A DNA stretch of 64,000 bases from Piromyces finnis finn (taxonomy: Eukaryota; Fungi; Neocallimastigomycota). The notes under the pieces are model-generated. The model was not told where the DNA came from and ran no database searches. It saw nothing but the letters and a program-made list of their open reading frames with translations. Below, piece by piece: positions 29,148 to 48,740 of the stretch (positions are counted from its first letter, which is position 1; every line of letters begins with the position of its first letter). The stretch covers positions 558,001 to 622,000 of the forward strand of contig MCFH01000029.1 in NCBI GenBank assembly GCA_002104945.1. Direction: 5' to 3'. Position numbers and translations under genes: made by a program.

Positions 29148-32135
29148 TTTTATCAATTAATAATTTATTTCTATAATATATTATTATTATATATATTTAT
29201 ATAAGTACTCTTTTTGATTGTTAAAGTTTTACATTATATTTCATTATTATAAATAAAACTATATTCATACAACAATTATATTTATTTTATCAATATCGTG
29301 AAATTAAAATATTGAAAAGAATTTTAATTTTAATCAATATTTTTTGTCTTTGAATAAAATTATTTATTATATAATAAAAATCTGAGTAACAACTACTGAT
29401 TATTCAAATAATATTTTTATAATTATATCAGATAAAAACAATAGTTTAAATAATTATTTTTTTTTTTTTTGAAAGATTTTATATTCATTTGGGATAAAAT
29501 TTTTATTTTTATTAGAGATTTCATTTTACTTTTTTAAAGTTTTATTATTATTATTATTATTTCTTCTCTTTTTAGATTCATATTTAACTCTGACAGTTTT
29601 GAAACTTTTTTAATTTATATTGAATATTTGTTTTAAAAATATATTCCAAAAAATAAAAAAAAGTAAAGATTTGGCATCTAATTGTTTTTTCACTTTAAAA
29701 TATACTTTTTTTAAAGTTGTCAATATGCAATATGTTTATTTTTACCTTTAGTAAATATATATAAATATTTATTTATTTTTCTATTTTTTATTATATCAAA
29801 TAATAAAAACTTTTTTTTTTTTCAATTAAATTTTTAGATTTTGAAATTGAAAAAAAAAAATTATATTATTAAAAAGATTTTTTATTTATATGAAAAATCT
29901 AATAATAAAATAGTTTTTTCTATGATTATATAATCATAAGGTAATTATATAATAATTATAGTTTTTTTTATTATCAGTTTTTTTTTTTTTAATAAATTTT
30001 TATTATGGTTTTTAAATAATAAAATTCATATTATTTATATCAAAAGTGAATTTATTAAAGATTAAAATTTCCATTATAGTAATACATTAAAATTATATTA
30101 TTATTATATTGTATAATTTATTATAATGTATTAATTAAAATATGGATATTGTTTAATAAATTCATTATATTTATGGATAAATTAAATAATATAAATTAAA
30201 CTTTTTCATATATATATTTTTACATTATTATTCAATAACCACAAAAATATTGATATTAAAATATAATAGTAAATATATTATGTAATATTTTCTATTATAT
30301 TTATATTTTTTAACAATATATTTTCAATATATTTTATTAATATTATTATTTAGAGTTTATAAGAAGAAATACATAAACTGTAATTAATATAATTTATAAA
30401 CTGAAGTAGTGTGGTGTAATTGTATATTAAATTTAAAAAGGTTTTGTTTTTTGTTTTTAGCAACATTCAGCAACATGATATATTCATTCTTGTATACTAA
30501 TAATAAAGCAAGCAAAACTATCATTAACATAATACTTTAATCTAAGAATAAAAAATAATAGTAATTAAAAATTATTAATGTATCTATACTTAAATTTATT
30601 CATTAGTCAAATAGTATTGTCAATGATGATTTATTTCATGAAGATAACCCACTATATTGTAATTAAAAAAAAAGGTATTAGTGATATAAGTATAATAAAT
30701 AATATTTTGTAATATTTTATTTCGTTATCAGCAAAAATATAGTAAAGCATCTTTCTATCATGATAATATAAAGCACATAATATTTGTATTAGTTTGTTAT
30801 TAGCATATTTATTTATAATATTTTATCGAGAAAATAAAATAGGAATTTTTTTTAAGATTTATTAAAGGAGGACAAAATAATAAATTAATAATAAAAAGGA
30901 ATTTTTCAATAATTAAAATTTAAAAGTTATAAAAGATGATTCTCTTAATAAGAAATAAATTAGAAAAATATATATTAAATAAATTCCCATTTATATTTAT
31001 ATGAATTTAATTAAATAAATTAATGTTAAACTTTAAATAATAATAAATTTTAAATTAATTTTTTTCAATTTAAAATTTATTAAATGAATAATAATTTATT
31101 TCATGAATAATAAATGACTAAAAAGGAATTTATAAATGGAGATACTTTAATAATTACATTAAAAAACATATGACCTTTAACACTATTGCCATTTGTTTTG
31201 TTTTGTTTAGTTTTTATAGGTAATGTTAGTTTTTACTACTACTAATTAACATAATATATTTTATTTATATTTAGTTATTTTTTTAAAAAAAAATAATTTA
31301 AATAAAGATAGTGAATAATCAACTTTTTTTTTTTTTTACGGCTTTTTTTTTAATTTGGTATGACTTTAATTTAATGAAAATCATCTTTTTTGTGTAACGA
31401 TTTTAAATAATATTTTATTTACTTTTTATTTTTTAAAATTATTTAAATATAGAGAAAATCATTTTATTATATATAAAACAATGTATTATTCATATTGATT
31501 CACATACTTTGAAGATAAAACAATTTAACTTCCAAAATTTACTATAAATCTATTGGACAGTATGATTTTCATTTATTAAATAAAAACAATCATCATAAAA
31601 AATAAATTAAAAACTTTTTGGAATTATTTATAATAATATATTGAATTTATATATTCATAAAGTATAATACTAATTGGTCAACAAATTAATTTAAAATATA
31701 ATTATTAAAGTTATTGAATTGCTTTTTTCATAAGATTTCTTAAAAAGTAACCTATTGATGTTATTAAAATTTAGTATGTAAAAGCTTTTATAAATATTTA
31801 TTATTTAATACCTTTTTAATAATGCTTTTTTTATTCTACTATTTAACTCTTTATTATAAAATAAATAAATCTAGAATAATAGTTAAATAAAATAGCCTTC
31901 TTAAAATAATATATTTATATTTAAATAAATTATATCTTTATTTATGCTTGAATCTTTGTTAATTATTAAATTAATAGAAAAAGAAAAAATAAAAAAATTT
32001 ATGATATTTTTGATTTAAAAAATTAAATAATGTAATTATTTTTATGACGGAATATACTAATAAGGAGATAAATAAAAAACGAATCTAAAATTTGATTTTT
32101 ATTTGGTTAATTGTTACATTGATGGGGAAAGAGAA

Positions 32136-32985
32136 TTATATTTCTTGATTTAATTTTTTCCAGCTAACAATTTGTTTAAATATATATTCTAAAACATGTC
32201 TTGCATCCTTATTTTCATCTTCTAATTTGTCCATTGCACCTAAAATCTTACCACATTCCCAGATATAGTATTCTAAATCTTTATCAGTGCCTGTATGAAA
32301 AATGTATTTTTTTTTTTTATAATATATGAAAATTGGTAAATATGGGAAAAATTAATTTCATAATTTTGATAAAACAAATAATAGAAAAGAAAATTTTAAT
32401 GTATTACATTTATTAGTTAATTGAGCTAAACGAACTCTTTCACTAGCAAAGTTTTCGTCAAGATCAAAAAGATCTAAAGCTGGAGGTGGCAAATCTTTAA
32501 GTACAGGTGCAAATACTGCTGGTTGAAGTGGTGGCAGTGGTGTTTCAAACTATATAAATAATAAAAAAATTATAAATTAATGAAAAATTTACTTTCAAGT
32601 TGAAAAAGTATATACCATAATACTTACTTGAGGTTGAATTAAAGTTAATGGTTCATGTTTTAAATGAATTGTCTAAAAAAAAAAAAAAATAAAATAAAAT
32701 ATAATAATTAATTAATTATATATAATTTTTTATAAAGGTAAACTATAAAAAATTAAAAGTGTAGGATAAAAATAATATATGTACATCATATAATTTAATG
32801 GCTTCAGGTATCAAGTTAGTATCTAATTTAAATAGTCTAGTATCAAACATTGTGGTGAAATCTTTCGGTATTTCATCACTTTCCTATTATTATTTAATAT
32901 ATATAAAATATTATATATTTTATTTATTTATTATTATTAATATTGCTTTAAAGTAGTATATATATATAATATTTTAATTGATAAA

Positions 32986-33016
<31 letters not shown>

Positions 33017-35364
33017 GTAAACATGATTTAAGTGTATTGGATAATTGAGTAGTTTCTGGTAAATAATGATAATCAGCAATCTATTTTTAAAAATAGTACA
33101 TAAAAATGCTAATGATTAATAAAATTATAAAATATTATTATTAAAAATTTATAAAAAATTTTATATACATCTGGTTCGTTTGCATCAATACTATTCAATT
33201 CAATTTTATCTATTATATATTATTGGAAATATAAATATGAATATCATCATTTTATTTTTTATTAATAATTTATTTATTATTAAAATTAATTGATCCTTTT
33301 TTTTTTTTTTTTTTTAGCTTTATGAATTTAATAAATTTTAAATCACCTGTTGTAAGCCATTGAATGATAACATCTAAGAATTTACCGTTTTCTTCTTTAT
33401 CAATATATTGATCAGAAAACATTAATATGGATCCTACAACAGCTACTTTACCATATCCAACCTTTTAATTATTACAAAAAAAAAAAGATTTAGAATATAT
33501 TTCACAACTACTAATAAAACTTTAATATTTAAAATAATAAAATAATAGTTACTGGATCAACAGAAAATGCGGCTACTGGTCTATTTAATGGGAAAGAAAC
33601 ATTACCAGAAGAAAGAATTGGTATAGCTGGTTTTTGAACATTTAATGTTGCACCATATGGATATACAACTGAAAGATAGCTATTAAACAAAGTTATTTTA
33701 AATAATAAAAAATTAGAATTTAAGCAATCCAAATTTAATTGTTTAATTTATATTGATATTTTATTCCAAAAAAAGATGAAAAATAAAATAGTCATACTTT
33801 GGATTGAAATAATTAGATTCATAACTGGCACCTTTGCCAGTATTATTATTAGATTTATTCATGTCAATACCAATTAAACCACCACCAGTATTTTCATTTG
33901 CAGTAATATTATTTATGGAAGTGTTAGAAGAATAATAGGAAAGAGTTCCAATTTTTTTACCAGCTGCTCTGTTGATTTCTCTATTTAATATACCATTGGC
34001 AATAAATACTTCCTTTGGATGATGATATTTATAATAGACAGTACGTGTTACAGCATCTATTTTAAAAAGATTATATATTCATAATAATAATTTATTTAAT
34101 TATATTTCCGATTATTTTAAACAAATTTCCTTTATTGTATTCATATTCATAAAATTTAAACTATATCTGTTATTTTTTTTATTTTATTTTTAAATATATA
34201 TAAAAAAGATTGTAGTATTTTATACACTCTTATTTTTCAAATAAATTGTCAAATACTTTTTTTTTAACATTATTGTATTATTATGTTATTCAATGTTCCC
34301 ATATTTTTCATATATATATATTATTTTTTTAATAATCTTTTTTTTCTTCTGAAAAAAAAAAAAAAAAAAAGAAAATATATAGTATTTTATTCTTCATTTA
34401 TATATATAAATATATAATTTTTCTATACCTAAATTTGTCATGATACCATATTCTTCTAATAAATAATTGAAATTAGTATTATATTGATTTTCACCACCTT
34501 CTCCTGTCATATAAAATATAGAACCACCATTTTCTACGTAAGTTTTAAGTACTGAAAACTAAGAGTACATATTTATAAAATAATATATTATATATTTAAA
34601 GATATATAAATAATAAAAGATATAAATTCTGATATAATATTTTATAGTGGCATTGGTAATGAATAGAATATGTTAATATGATTTTAGGTTTAATACTAAA
34701 ATAATATTTACTTCTGAAGTTGTAAACTTTTCTCTTGGTCCACCAAAAATTATTAATTTAACATCTTGTAATTTTGCAGAAGTTAATTCTTCCTTATTTC
34801 TATTTTGAATATATTATAATATAATATAAAATTATGTTTTTTTTTTTTTTATTTTGCAAATAGTTAAATATTTATTTTTTGTAGAATGGTCGCAAAGTAT
34901 ATATAATGTTCGTATATATAGAGTGAAATTTTTCATAAATATATTTAAAAAATATATAAATTTATTTTAAAACACAATATATTTAGTTTATATAATAAAT
35001 ATTTCATTATTTATATTTATCCTTTATAATTTATTCTTTTTAAAAAATTTTTTTTTTTTTTAAAGATTTGGAATGATATTTACAGTGAAACTTTATAATT
35101 ACTTCTTAATCTTCTTTGAAAGAGTTTAAAACCATTAGAAGGAGTTGCTTGTTCCTTTTTTGTAACATTAAATAAAACAGTTGGGAGTTGTGGTTTTTGA
35201 TTTGGAAAATCTTTGTCATTAACAGATAAAATTGAACCTTGAAGTCGATTATTACTTCCACTTAAATTTGAAGAAGAAAAATTTGAAGATGTTCCCCTCG
35301 CTTGTGATCCATTGGATTGGTAACTACCATGGAGAGAATGGGAAGAAGACTTTGGCATAATCAT
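32136..35364 (-). CDS. IFT52: Intraflagellar transport protein 52
   Basis: LIIFGGPREKFTTSE, GEGGENQYNTNFNYLLEEYG, YYKYHHPKEVFIANGILNREINRAAGK, FVYPYGATLNVQKPAIPILSSG, FETPLPPLQPAVFAP, PPPALDLFDLDENFASERVRLAQLTNK|CTDKDLEYYI. Confidence 0.95.
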
Positions 35365-36906
35365 ATAGAGCTATTCTTTTATAAATTATTCCTTCTTATT
35401 CATAAATGAATTAAGAAAAGGAATATAAAAAATTATAAAATCTTAAAATGTAAATTAAATGTATATATAAATTAGATATTATGAATAAATAATATCTTTG
35501 AGTTCTAAAAAAAATAATTATATATATATATAGTTTTATAAAATATTTTTTATTAATAAATTATTAAATTTTATTTTTTTTTTTTTTTTTAATATATACT
35601 AGATATTGTAAACTGTTTTTTTTTTTTTTTACATTTATAAATAATTTTTAATTATATTAATAATACTAACTTTTATAATATTACTTAATAGTTCTTTTTA
35701 ATAATATAATGTATTTATATTATTTTATTTTTGATAATTATATAAGAAAAAAATTGCTGCTCAAAAAAAAAACTTTTTTCTCTATTATTTTTAATAATGA
35801 TAATCATCAATTTATTTTTTTTTTTTTTTAATAAACTCCGATGGACAAAAAATTAAAAAAATTTGATAAATTTTAAAATAAAAAATTTAAAAAAATGTAT
35901 TAAAAAAATATAAAAGTATTTGAATTAATTTAACTTTCCACAGTATTATAAAACTAAAAAAAAAAAAAAAAAAAAAAAAAAAAGAAACAAAAATAATATA
36001 TTAGTTTTATTTTCTTTTTTCTATTATATTATATTAATAATCAAATGAATAAGGATAATATTTATTCCATTTATTATCCTTCATAGTTAATAATGATCAT
36101 TAAGTTTTTATTATAAAGCGAATGATTAATTGGAAATTATATATATATACAAATTTATTAAAATATTGTATAGTCTATTTTATATGTAGTTTTTCCTGTT
36201 TGTTAAATAAACCAAATGAAATAAAATAGACATTTTATTTGCTGTTATTCATTACTAAATAGGGTAAAAATATAGGTTTAAATATAACTTTTTGATCCTT
36301 CCTTCCTCCCTAATAAAATAGATATAATATAAATAAGGACTAGTTTTAAATTGAAAAATAAAGGGATATATTCATCTCAAGTTTTTTTTTTTTTTTTTTT
36401 TTTGTATATCTTTTATTAAAATATTTTTTACAGTTTTATTTTTAAAATGAATATCTCCTTTCGCTTATTATTCGAAAAAAGATATTCTTTATACTTTTAT
36501 AATGAAGATAATTATAGATGAATATAATAAAAAGAAAAAAAAAAATTTTTATATTCTTTTTTTTTTTTTTTTTCTTATTTTTTTTTTATTTTTATTTTTT
36601 ATTTTTTATTTTTTATTTTTATTTTTACTTTTATTTTTACTTTTACTTTTATTTTTGTTATTTATTATTATATTTTTTACTGTTATTATTCTTTATTTTT
36701 TTTTTTTTATTTATATATAGATGATATATAATATATCTATTTTTCTTATTTTAATAAGGTTATTAAAAGAAAAAATTAAAAATTAAAAAAAAAAAAAAAA
36801 AAATAAAAGAGAAAAAAATAATATTCGTCAGTGTTTTATAAAAAATTATTCTTTTCTTTCTTCTTTTTGTTTCCTTTATTCGATACTATTGATTGAATTA
36901 ACTTGC

Positions 36907-39495
36907 TTATAATTTAGCTTTAACATCAGTTTCAATAAAGGCTTCTGAATCTTCTTCTTCCTTTCTTCTTTCCATTTCGGCTAAACCATCTTCAATACGC
37001 ATAATCTTGTATAAATCTTCCTTTCTAGCCCAGTCCTTCATAGTTGGTCCAGACTTCTTTGATGGAAGCATTTCATCCATCCATCCTGGAACATCTGGCT
37101 TACTACCTAAAACCATTTGAGCAACGGCTTTAGCACAATGGAAAGCTCTTGGCATACCATGACCATGGTATCCAGCAGAAATAAATTGACCGTCCCATTT
37201 AGAACCTGGAATTGGACCAACCCATGGAAGATTTAAAATATCATTAGACATACCCATAATACCAGCCCATGTCATCATAATTTTAGTTGGTGACTTGACC
37301 ATATCACCAAAGTGAGTTGGTAAGAATTGTCTTAATTTTCTATCAATAGCAGTATTAATATCTGAGTCATCAGAACAGTTGTATTCAAGTTCCGGACCGG
37401 CTTCACCTCTGGCTCCACCAAGAATAACCATATTATCATTACGTTGCCATCCATAGATATAACCACGGTTAATACTAATACCGAATGGCCATAAGCGAGG
37501 TATAGAGGATGGAATAGTAATCATCATTTGACCACGTACTGGAACAATACAGTCACGAAGTTGTGGTAATAAATGTGCACAGTAACCGTTAGTACAATGA
37601 ATAACAGTATTACAGATAACAGAACCACGATTAGTGTTAATAACCCATCTTGGTTGACCCTTTAAGGATGAGATATCGATATTAGCTGATGCGGTTTCAG
37701 AGTTGAATGGAGTAATACTTTGGACTGGAGTGTATGTTTGTAAGTTGAAATAACCTGATTTAAGAGCTAATTGTAATAATTGAATAGTTAATTTTGATGG
37801 AGAAAGTTGTGAACCATTTGGATTCATAACAGCACCAACGAAGTCTTCACCATGGGTTTTCTTTTATTTGTTAATTAAATATCAATTAGAATTTTTAAAT
37901 TAAGTAGATAAATTTATTAAATTAATAGTATATAATACATAGGTATAAATTAGTATAATTTTTAATGCTATTGTTGCTATCATAATATTGAATTTATATT
38001 AATATGTTCAATACTATTCTTTCTTATATTAACTCATTTTAATAAAATTGATTATTAATTATTGATTATTATTATTATTATTATTATTAGTATGCTTTAC
38101 CTTAACAGTTTCGACACGATCCCAAATAATAAGTTCATGACCGAGACCTTGGTTTCTCATTTCTTCAATATTTTCAATAGCTTCATTGAATTCAAGATCG
38201 GTAAGATAAGAGTGAACTGTACCACCTTCTCTTAATTCAACCTTTTTTTCCCATCTGTTGTCCTTAATTAATTTCTTTAAAGCTAAGACAGTTTCTAATT
38301 CAAAAACTCTAATTTTCTTAGCAATATCTAATCCATATCTTTTGTATAATTCATAAAGAATTAATAAAAAATAATTGAATGTTGTATATATTTATTATTG
38401 TTATTATTAATGTTTTTAATTCCAAAGGATTTGAATTTAATACGGATGATAATATATTTAATGGATATAATAAGCGTTATAAATAAAAATAATAAAAAAA
38501 ATAATTTGATATTATATTTGAAGTTAGTATTGAATTAAATATAAATAATAAAAAATAGCATATATAAAAACTTTTAAAAAACTACTTTTTCATATCATAT
38601 TTAAAGTATCTGTAAGTTGAGTTAGTCATCTATTTATTTATTTATATATAGTATAATAAAATGAATTTGATTTAATTTGAATGGAATTATTATATATAAC
38701 TAAAAAAAAAAAAAAAAAAAAAAAAAACATTTTTTGGATTAATTTAAAAAATTGAATTGTAGGATTAAAATTTACATTTCCACCGCATCTTCCAGAGGCT
38801 AATTTTTAATTATTAAATATAAAACAATATAATGTTAATGTTGTAATAATAGTAAATGTATTATTTTTAAAATATGTTATTTTTATTAGTTATTTAATAT
38901 ACCACCACCGGCAGCAGCTCTAGCATCTAAACATAATATAGATTTTCCTTCAGTATCGAGCTTAGTTAAGTGATAGGCAACGGAAGCACCTTAATTATTC
39001 CATAGTTAAAATTAATTTTATTGTTAATAATTAATTGAATCTTAATTATATATTAATATAGAAGTTTTTTTTTTTTTTTTTTTCATTATTAAAAAAAAAG
39101 GATTAAAATTTATTAAGAAAATCATTTTTCATTGATAAATTTCTGATTTGAAATTCAAATTTTTATTTATAAAAAAACAAATATAATTCTACTTTATAAA
39201 GTTTAAAATTTTTATTATATTTTATTATTATTATTATTATTAAACTAGAATTCGATGTAAAATTAATTTTTATTAAACAAATGTCAAATATAAGGGAATA
39301 GGTAAAATTTATATTATAAATTTATTATAAATTTAAATTAATAGTAATATGTAATATACCGGTTAAACCAGCTCCTAAAATAACAATATCAGCACAACAT
39401 GGTAAAGAAACAGTAGTTCTGTGATTAGAAAGTGGGTTGTCAATTAACCAGAAAGAACGAGTTGGTTGTGGGTGTGGTAATCCTGGATCAGTCAT
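36907..39495 (-). CDS. FAD-dependent oxidoreductase (DAO/PuuB-like family)
   Basis: MTDPGLPHPQPTRSFWL.., Rossmann DIVILGAGLTGASVAYHL, LDARAAAGGASGRCGGN, HCTNGYCAHLLP, PVRGQM, WAGIMGMS..LPWVG, AGYHGHGMPR. Confidence 0.9.
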
Positions 39496-41079
39496 CTTTT
39501 AAATTTGCATTAATTTATTTTTAAATTTTATTAAATTAATTAATAAATTTATTTACATATTAATTATTTATCTTTTTCTTTTTTATATTTTTCTTTTAAT
39601 ACGATTTTATTTTTTTTATTTTTTTTTTAATATTATTCATCATTCGTTTTCCTGAATATTTCTTCTTTTTTTTTTAAAAAAAAAAAAAATTTATATTGTA
39701 AAATAAATTCAAAACTCATCGAGGTAAATCAATATTACATCTTTATTTTAATAATCTTAAATTATTAATAATAAAAAAAACTTCATTTAATAGATTTCGA
39801 ATTGAAATGATGTTTTACTATTATTATATTTTTGAAATTTTAACTACTAAATCAACTGTTTTATAACATAGATAACACATAATTATAGTATTATAACTAT
39901 AGCATAAATATATTTATTTTCATATTGTATGTTTTTCAAAATACCTTTATTTTTTTTTTTATTTTTATTTTGTTTAAATAAAATGGATAATTTATTAACA
40001 AAAGAATATTAAAAATGGGTTTTTGAAAAGAAATATTAATAAATTTACTCTACAGAATAATATATTAAATAATATAATCTAATATATTTTTTGTATGACA
40101 AAATTAAGTGGAATGTTTTTTTTTTTTTTGTAGTAGGGAATAAAAATTTTTATATTAAAATAAATGATAAAATAATCTTTAAAAAAATTTCTGTAAAATT
40201 ATTAGTTTTACTTTTCACTTGAATATCTATCTATCCATTTTTTAATGTAGCCAATGAAATTACAGATAGATATATAATATAAAAAATTATTTATTTTTAA
40301 TTTAATAAATATTAAAATTTAAAAAAAACAACTTATCTAAAGAAAAATAGAATTAAAGGGTAAGGAAAAGTGATATGAATAAAATTATAGAAGAGTTAAG
40401 TTATAATATAGAAATAGATACATAGTCTTTGCTTTTTAAAATAAAGGATAAAAAAAAATATTTTAAATAAATAATGATTCATTATTAATTCTATTTATTA
40501 ACACTTTTATAAAAGTATAGTAAAAAAAAAAAATTAAAAGATTTTTTCTTTATAGGTATTAAAGAAAAATAAATTTAAAAAGTGTAAAAATTATTTGGGT
40601 TTGCATAATCTCTATTTATACTTTATATTTTGTAACTAATAAATTTCATTAAATCCTTGATAATATATAAATAAGAATTAAATAAAAAAATATAAAGTAT
40701 ATTTATATCTTTTAAAAGTTTTTAAATTTTTTTTTTTATTAAATAATTTTTAAATAAAAATAAAGTGTTTTTTTTTTTTTTTTTTTTCATTGCAAAAATA
40801 TCAATATTAATATTGAGAAAATGAAGTTTAAAATGTTTTGTAAATTTGAATAAATGATTAAATACATTTTTTTTAATTTTATAATAAAAGTATATTTAGT
40901 TCAATAATTTAAATAAAATAAATAAATATTAAAAAATGTATATAGTAACAATATATTGTTATATATAACAAAATGGAAAATGTAATGAATATAAAACAAA
41001 ATGCTTTTTTTTTTTTTTTTTTTTCTAGCTTTTTGATTATTAAAAAAAAAAAAAAAAAGTTATTTATTTATAACTTTCT

Positions 41080-45943
<4,864 letters not shown>

Positions 45944-46825
45944 TTTTTTTTTAATGTTTTAGCGCTTTTCTTTTCTTTTTTTTTTTTGCTTTTACTTATT
46001 TATATAATAAAAAAAAAACAAAAAAATAAATTAAATTGTTATTTAGTGGTAAAAGGGTTTTAGTCCAAATTTTAATTCTTTTTGTAATCCCTTTTAAAAA
46101 TAAATAATGTCAAAATTTATTATTGTCTTAATAATATTATGAGTATTGTTCTTTCATATTTTTATGTTTTATATAAACTATAAAGGTATTTTAAACTTAA
46201 TAACTTATAAATGGATGGATTAAATTTATTGTAGTAAATTTAATCTCTATATTAAATTATTATTGTTGTTATTAAAAAAATTTTTTATGGTTTATAAATT
46301 TAAATTAAAAAAAATTTTTTTTATTCTTAATCCTCCAATGTACTATAAATAAAAAAGTTTAACATATTTATTTATTACTCATATTAACGACGACGGATTT
46401 AACTTCCATTTTAATAAATGAATATATATTTATAAAATTAAATAATTTATATATTCTATTAAAGGTAGTAAATGAATAAAAATTAAAGATAAATAAATTT
46501 AAAATATACTTTACAAAAATAAACTTTAACATTGTTTTTTATATAAATGGATGGTATAAATAAAAATAATAATCTAATACACTATCTATAGCCTGCCTTA
46601 AAACTTTTATTATTATTTCATCATTCATATTTTATTTTTTTTAGTTTTCAATAATTTTTCTTTTCCTACATTCCTATATATAAATTTAGTTTAATAAGAA
46701 AATACTTTTTGAATATTTATTATACAAAATATATACCACGATTATTATTACTTCATTATAATATTCAATATATAAGGTTTCTTTTTGGCATAAATAAAAT
46801 AAAATATTATAATTATTAAATTGGC

Positions 46826-47047
<222 letters not shown>

Positions 47048-47473
47048 TACTACAATCTTTTTCTCTTTTATTATCACACATTTAATCGTTAACAATTCTA
47101 TAAATGATTATTGAAAAAAGGAAATTTTTTAAACTAAATGAAATATATTAGAATAATATATTCTAACATATATTAAAATATATTGTATAGAGTTTCATGA
47201 AATTTCATTCGTAGAAATATATTTTCAATAGAGTAGTTTATTAAATTTAAATAAATTTATATATATTGTTATTGATTTAATATATTTGGATAGTATTCTT
47301 ATATATTTTGTATTACATTGTTAATATATTGCTAGAATTACTTCTTAAATTTGGATATTTAGTCGATAGCCAATAACTTACCAGAAATATATTAAAGGTA
47401 TAAAGAGAAAATAAACAACATTATATAATATTAAAAATAGAAAAAAAAATTATTAGGATGATGACTATTATTA

Positions 47474-48005
47474 GTCGTTCCAGTTTTTATCCTGGTTGTT
47501 AAGGCGTTGCCTTAGTATACATAAGGCTTCTGGTTCGACCCCGCAGATGTCAGTGCCTGTGGATTTTCCCACTGGGTTTGCCATGGGTTGGGTTATGATA
47601 TTCAGGTAAGTATAAATGAACTTTCTAATTTACTACTATGATAATAACACTCGTCTAGCCGGCCTGAGAGGGTCTAGTGTACATGGTACATTCCAAATTA
47701 GAACTTAATAAGTGGTGACTTAGGCTATGCCAAAAACACATAATATTCCTTAATCAATTTAAGTGTAAACATTAGGGGGCGGTTGACACGTGATCAAATT
47801 GACTATAAGAGGCTTAGCATTGTAGTTGTGAAATATCGTACAACGACATGCATCTAATGTACATGGATTAAGTGAGCGTCGAAGCTGAAGAAACAGTATG
47901 ACAGACCAGGAGGGTCACAACCACCTAGCAATAGGAATGAGCCAACGTTTCTCTAAGAACCACCATTGGAGCTAACTCTGATCGATGGGAGAAATGCACT
48001 CGGAA

Positions 48006-48056
<51 letters not shown>
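47474..48056 (+). mobile_element. Full-length tRNA-derived SINE (~535 bp + ~48-nt poly(A)) with 13-bp TSD
   Basis: TSD ATGACTATTATTA at 47461-47473 and 48057-48069. B-box GGTTCGACCCC 47532-47542 within tRNA-like spacing. Poly(A) from 48009. No ORF. A second copy lies at ~5124-5410. Confidence 0.9.
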
Positions 48057-48059
<3 letters not shown>

Positions 48060-48740
48060 ACTATTATTATGATGATTTCATCATTTTTTTTTTTAAAAAA
48101 TAATAATTATAATATTATTAATGATTAATGATTATTAAAAATTTTTTATTTTTATATTTTACGAGAAATTTTTAATAGAATTAATTTATATTAAAAAAAA
48201 AAAATATTTATGAATTGTATTGTAGTAGAATAATTAATTTCTTTTATCTCTTAACTTTGCACTAAAATAATAGAAAAAATAGATTAGATTTAAAATTTAT
48301 TATAGTAAATCAGGTTTCTTTTCTTTTAAAAAGAACTTTATAAAAAGAAGAAAAACTCTTCAATTAATTAAAAAAATTAAATATAAATAAACACAAACCA
48401 AAACAACTTTGTATATATTTCATCTTTATTCTTTTTTTTTATTGTAGAACGCCTTTTAATAAAAAAAAAGAAAAAAGTTTTTTTTTTTCAATAACAAAAA
48501 CTTAAAAAGCATTATTTATGAAAAAAACAAAAAAAAAAAAACAAATAATACAATAAATTAAATTAATTACTTTAATAAATTAAATAGAAAATTAATATTA
48601 ATTATTTAATATAAGAAAATAAAATATTACTTAATAATAAAAGTATATAGATTACAATTTTAAATAACATATAAAAAACAATAAAAATTTAAGATTTCTT
48701 TGATATTTTCTTTTAAAAAAAATAAATTAATCAATTCAAA

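Noticed and set aside
36502-36724. Phe/Leu/Tyr-rich ORFs (also 3738-3926, 7370-7576, 15346-15585, 51524-51736, 62364-62549)
   Set aside because: Chance ORFs in poly-T/AT tracts with no coding-like composition or motifs.
47474-47555. Possible functional tRNA-Thr(AGT) gene
   Set aside because: The acceptor and anticodon stems do not pair, the A-box is degenerate with an internal T5, and the segment is embedded in a TSD-flanked poly(A) element. It is a SINE head, not a tRNA.
47880-48000. CTGAAGA as a hammerhead ribozyme core within the SINE
   Set aside because: No stem II followed by GAAA at suitable spacing, and no HDV or twister topology could be built by eye.
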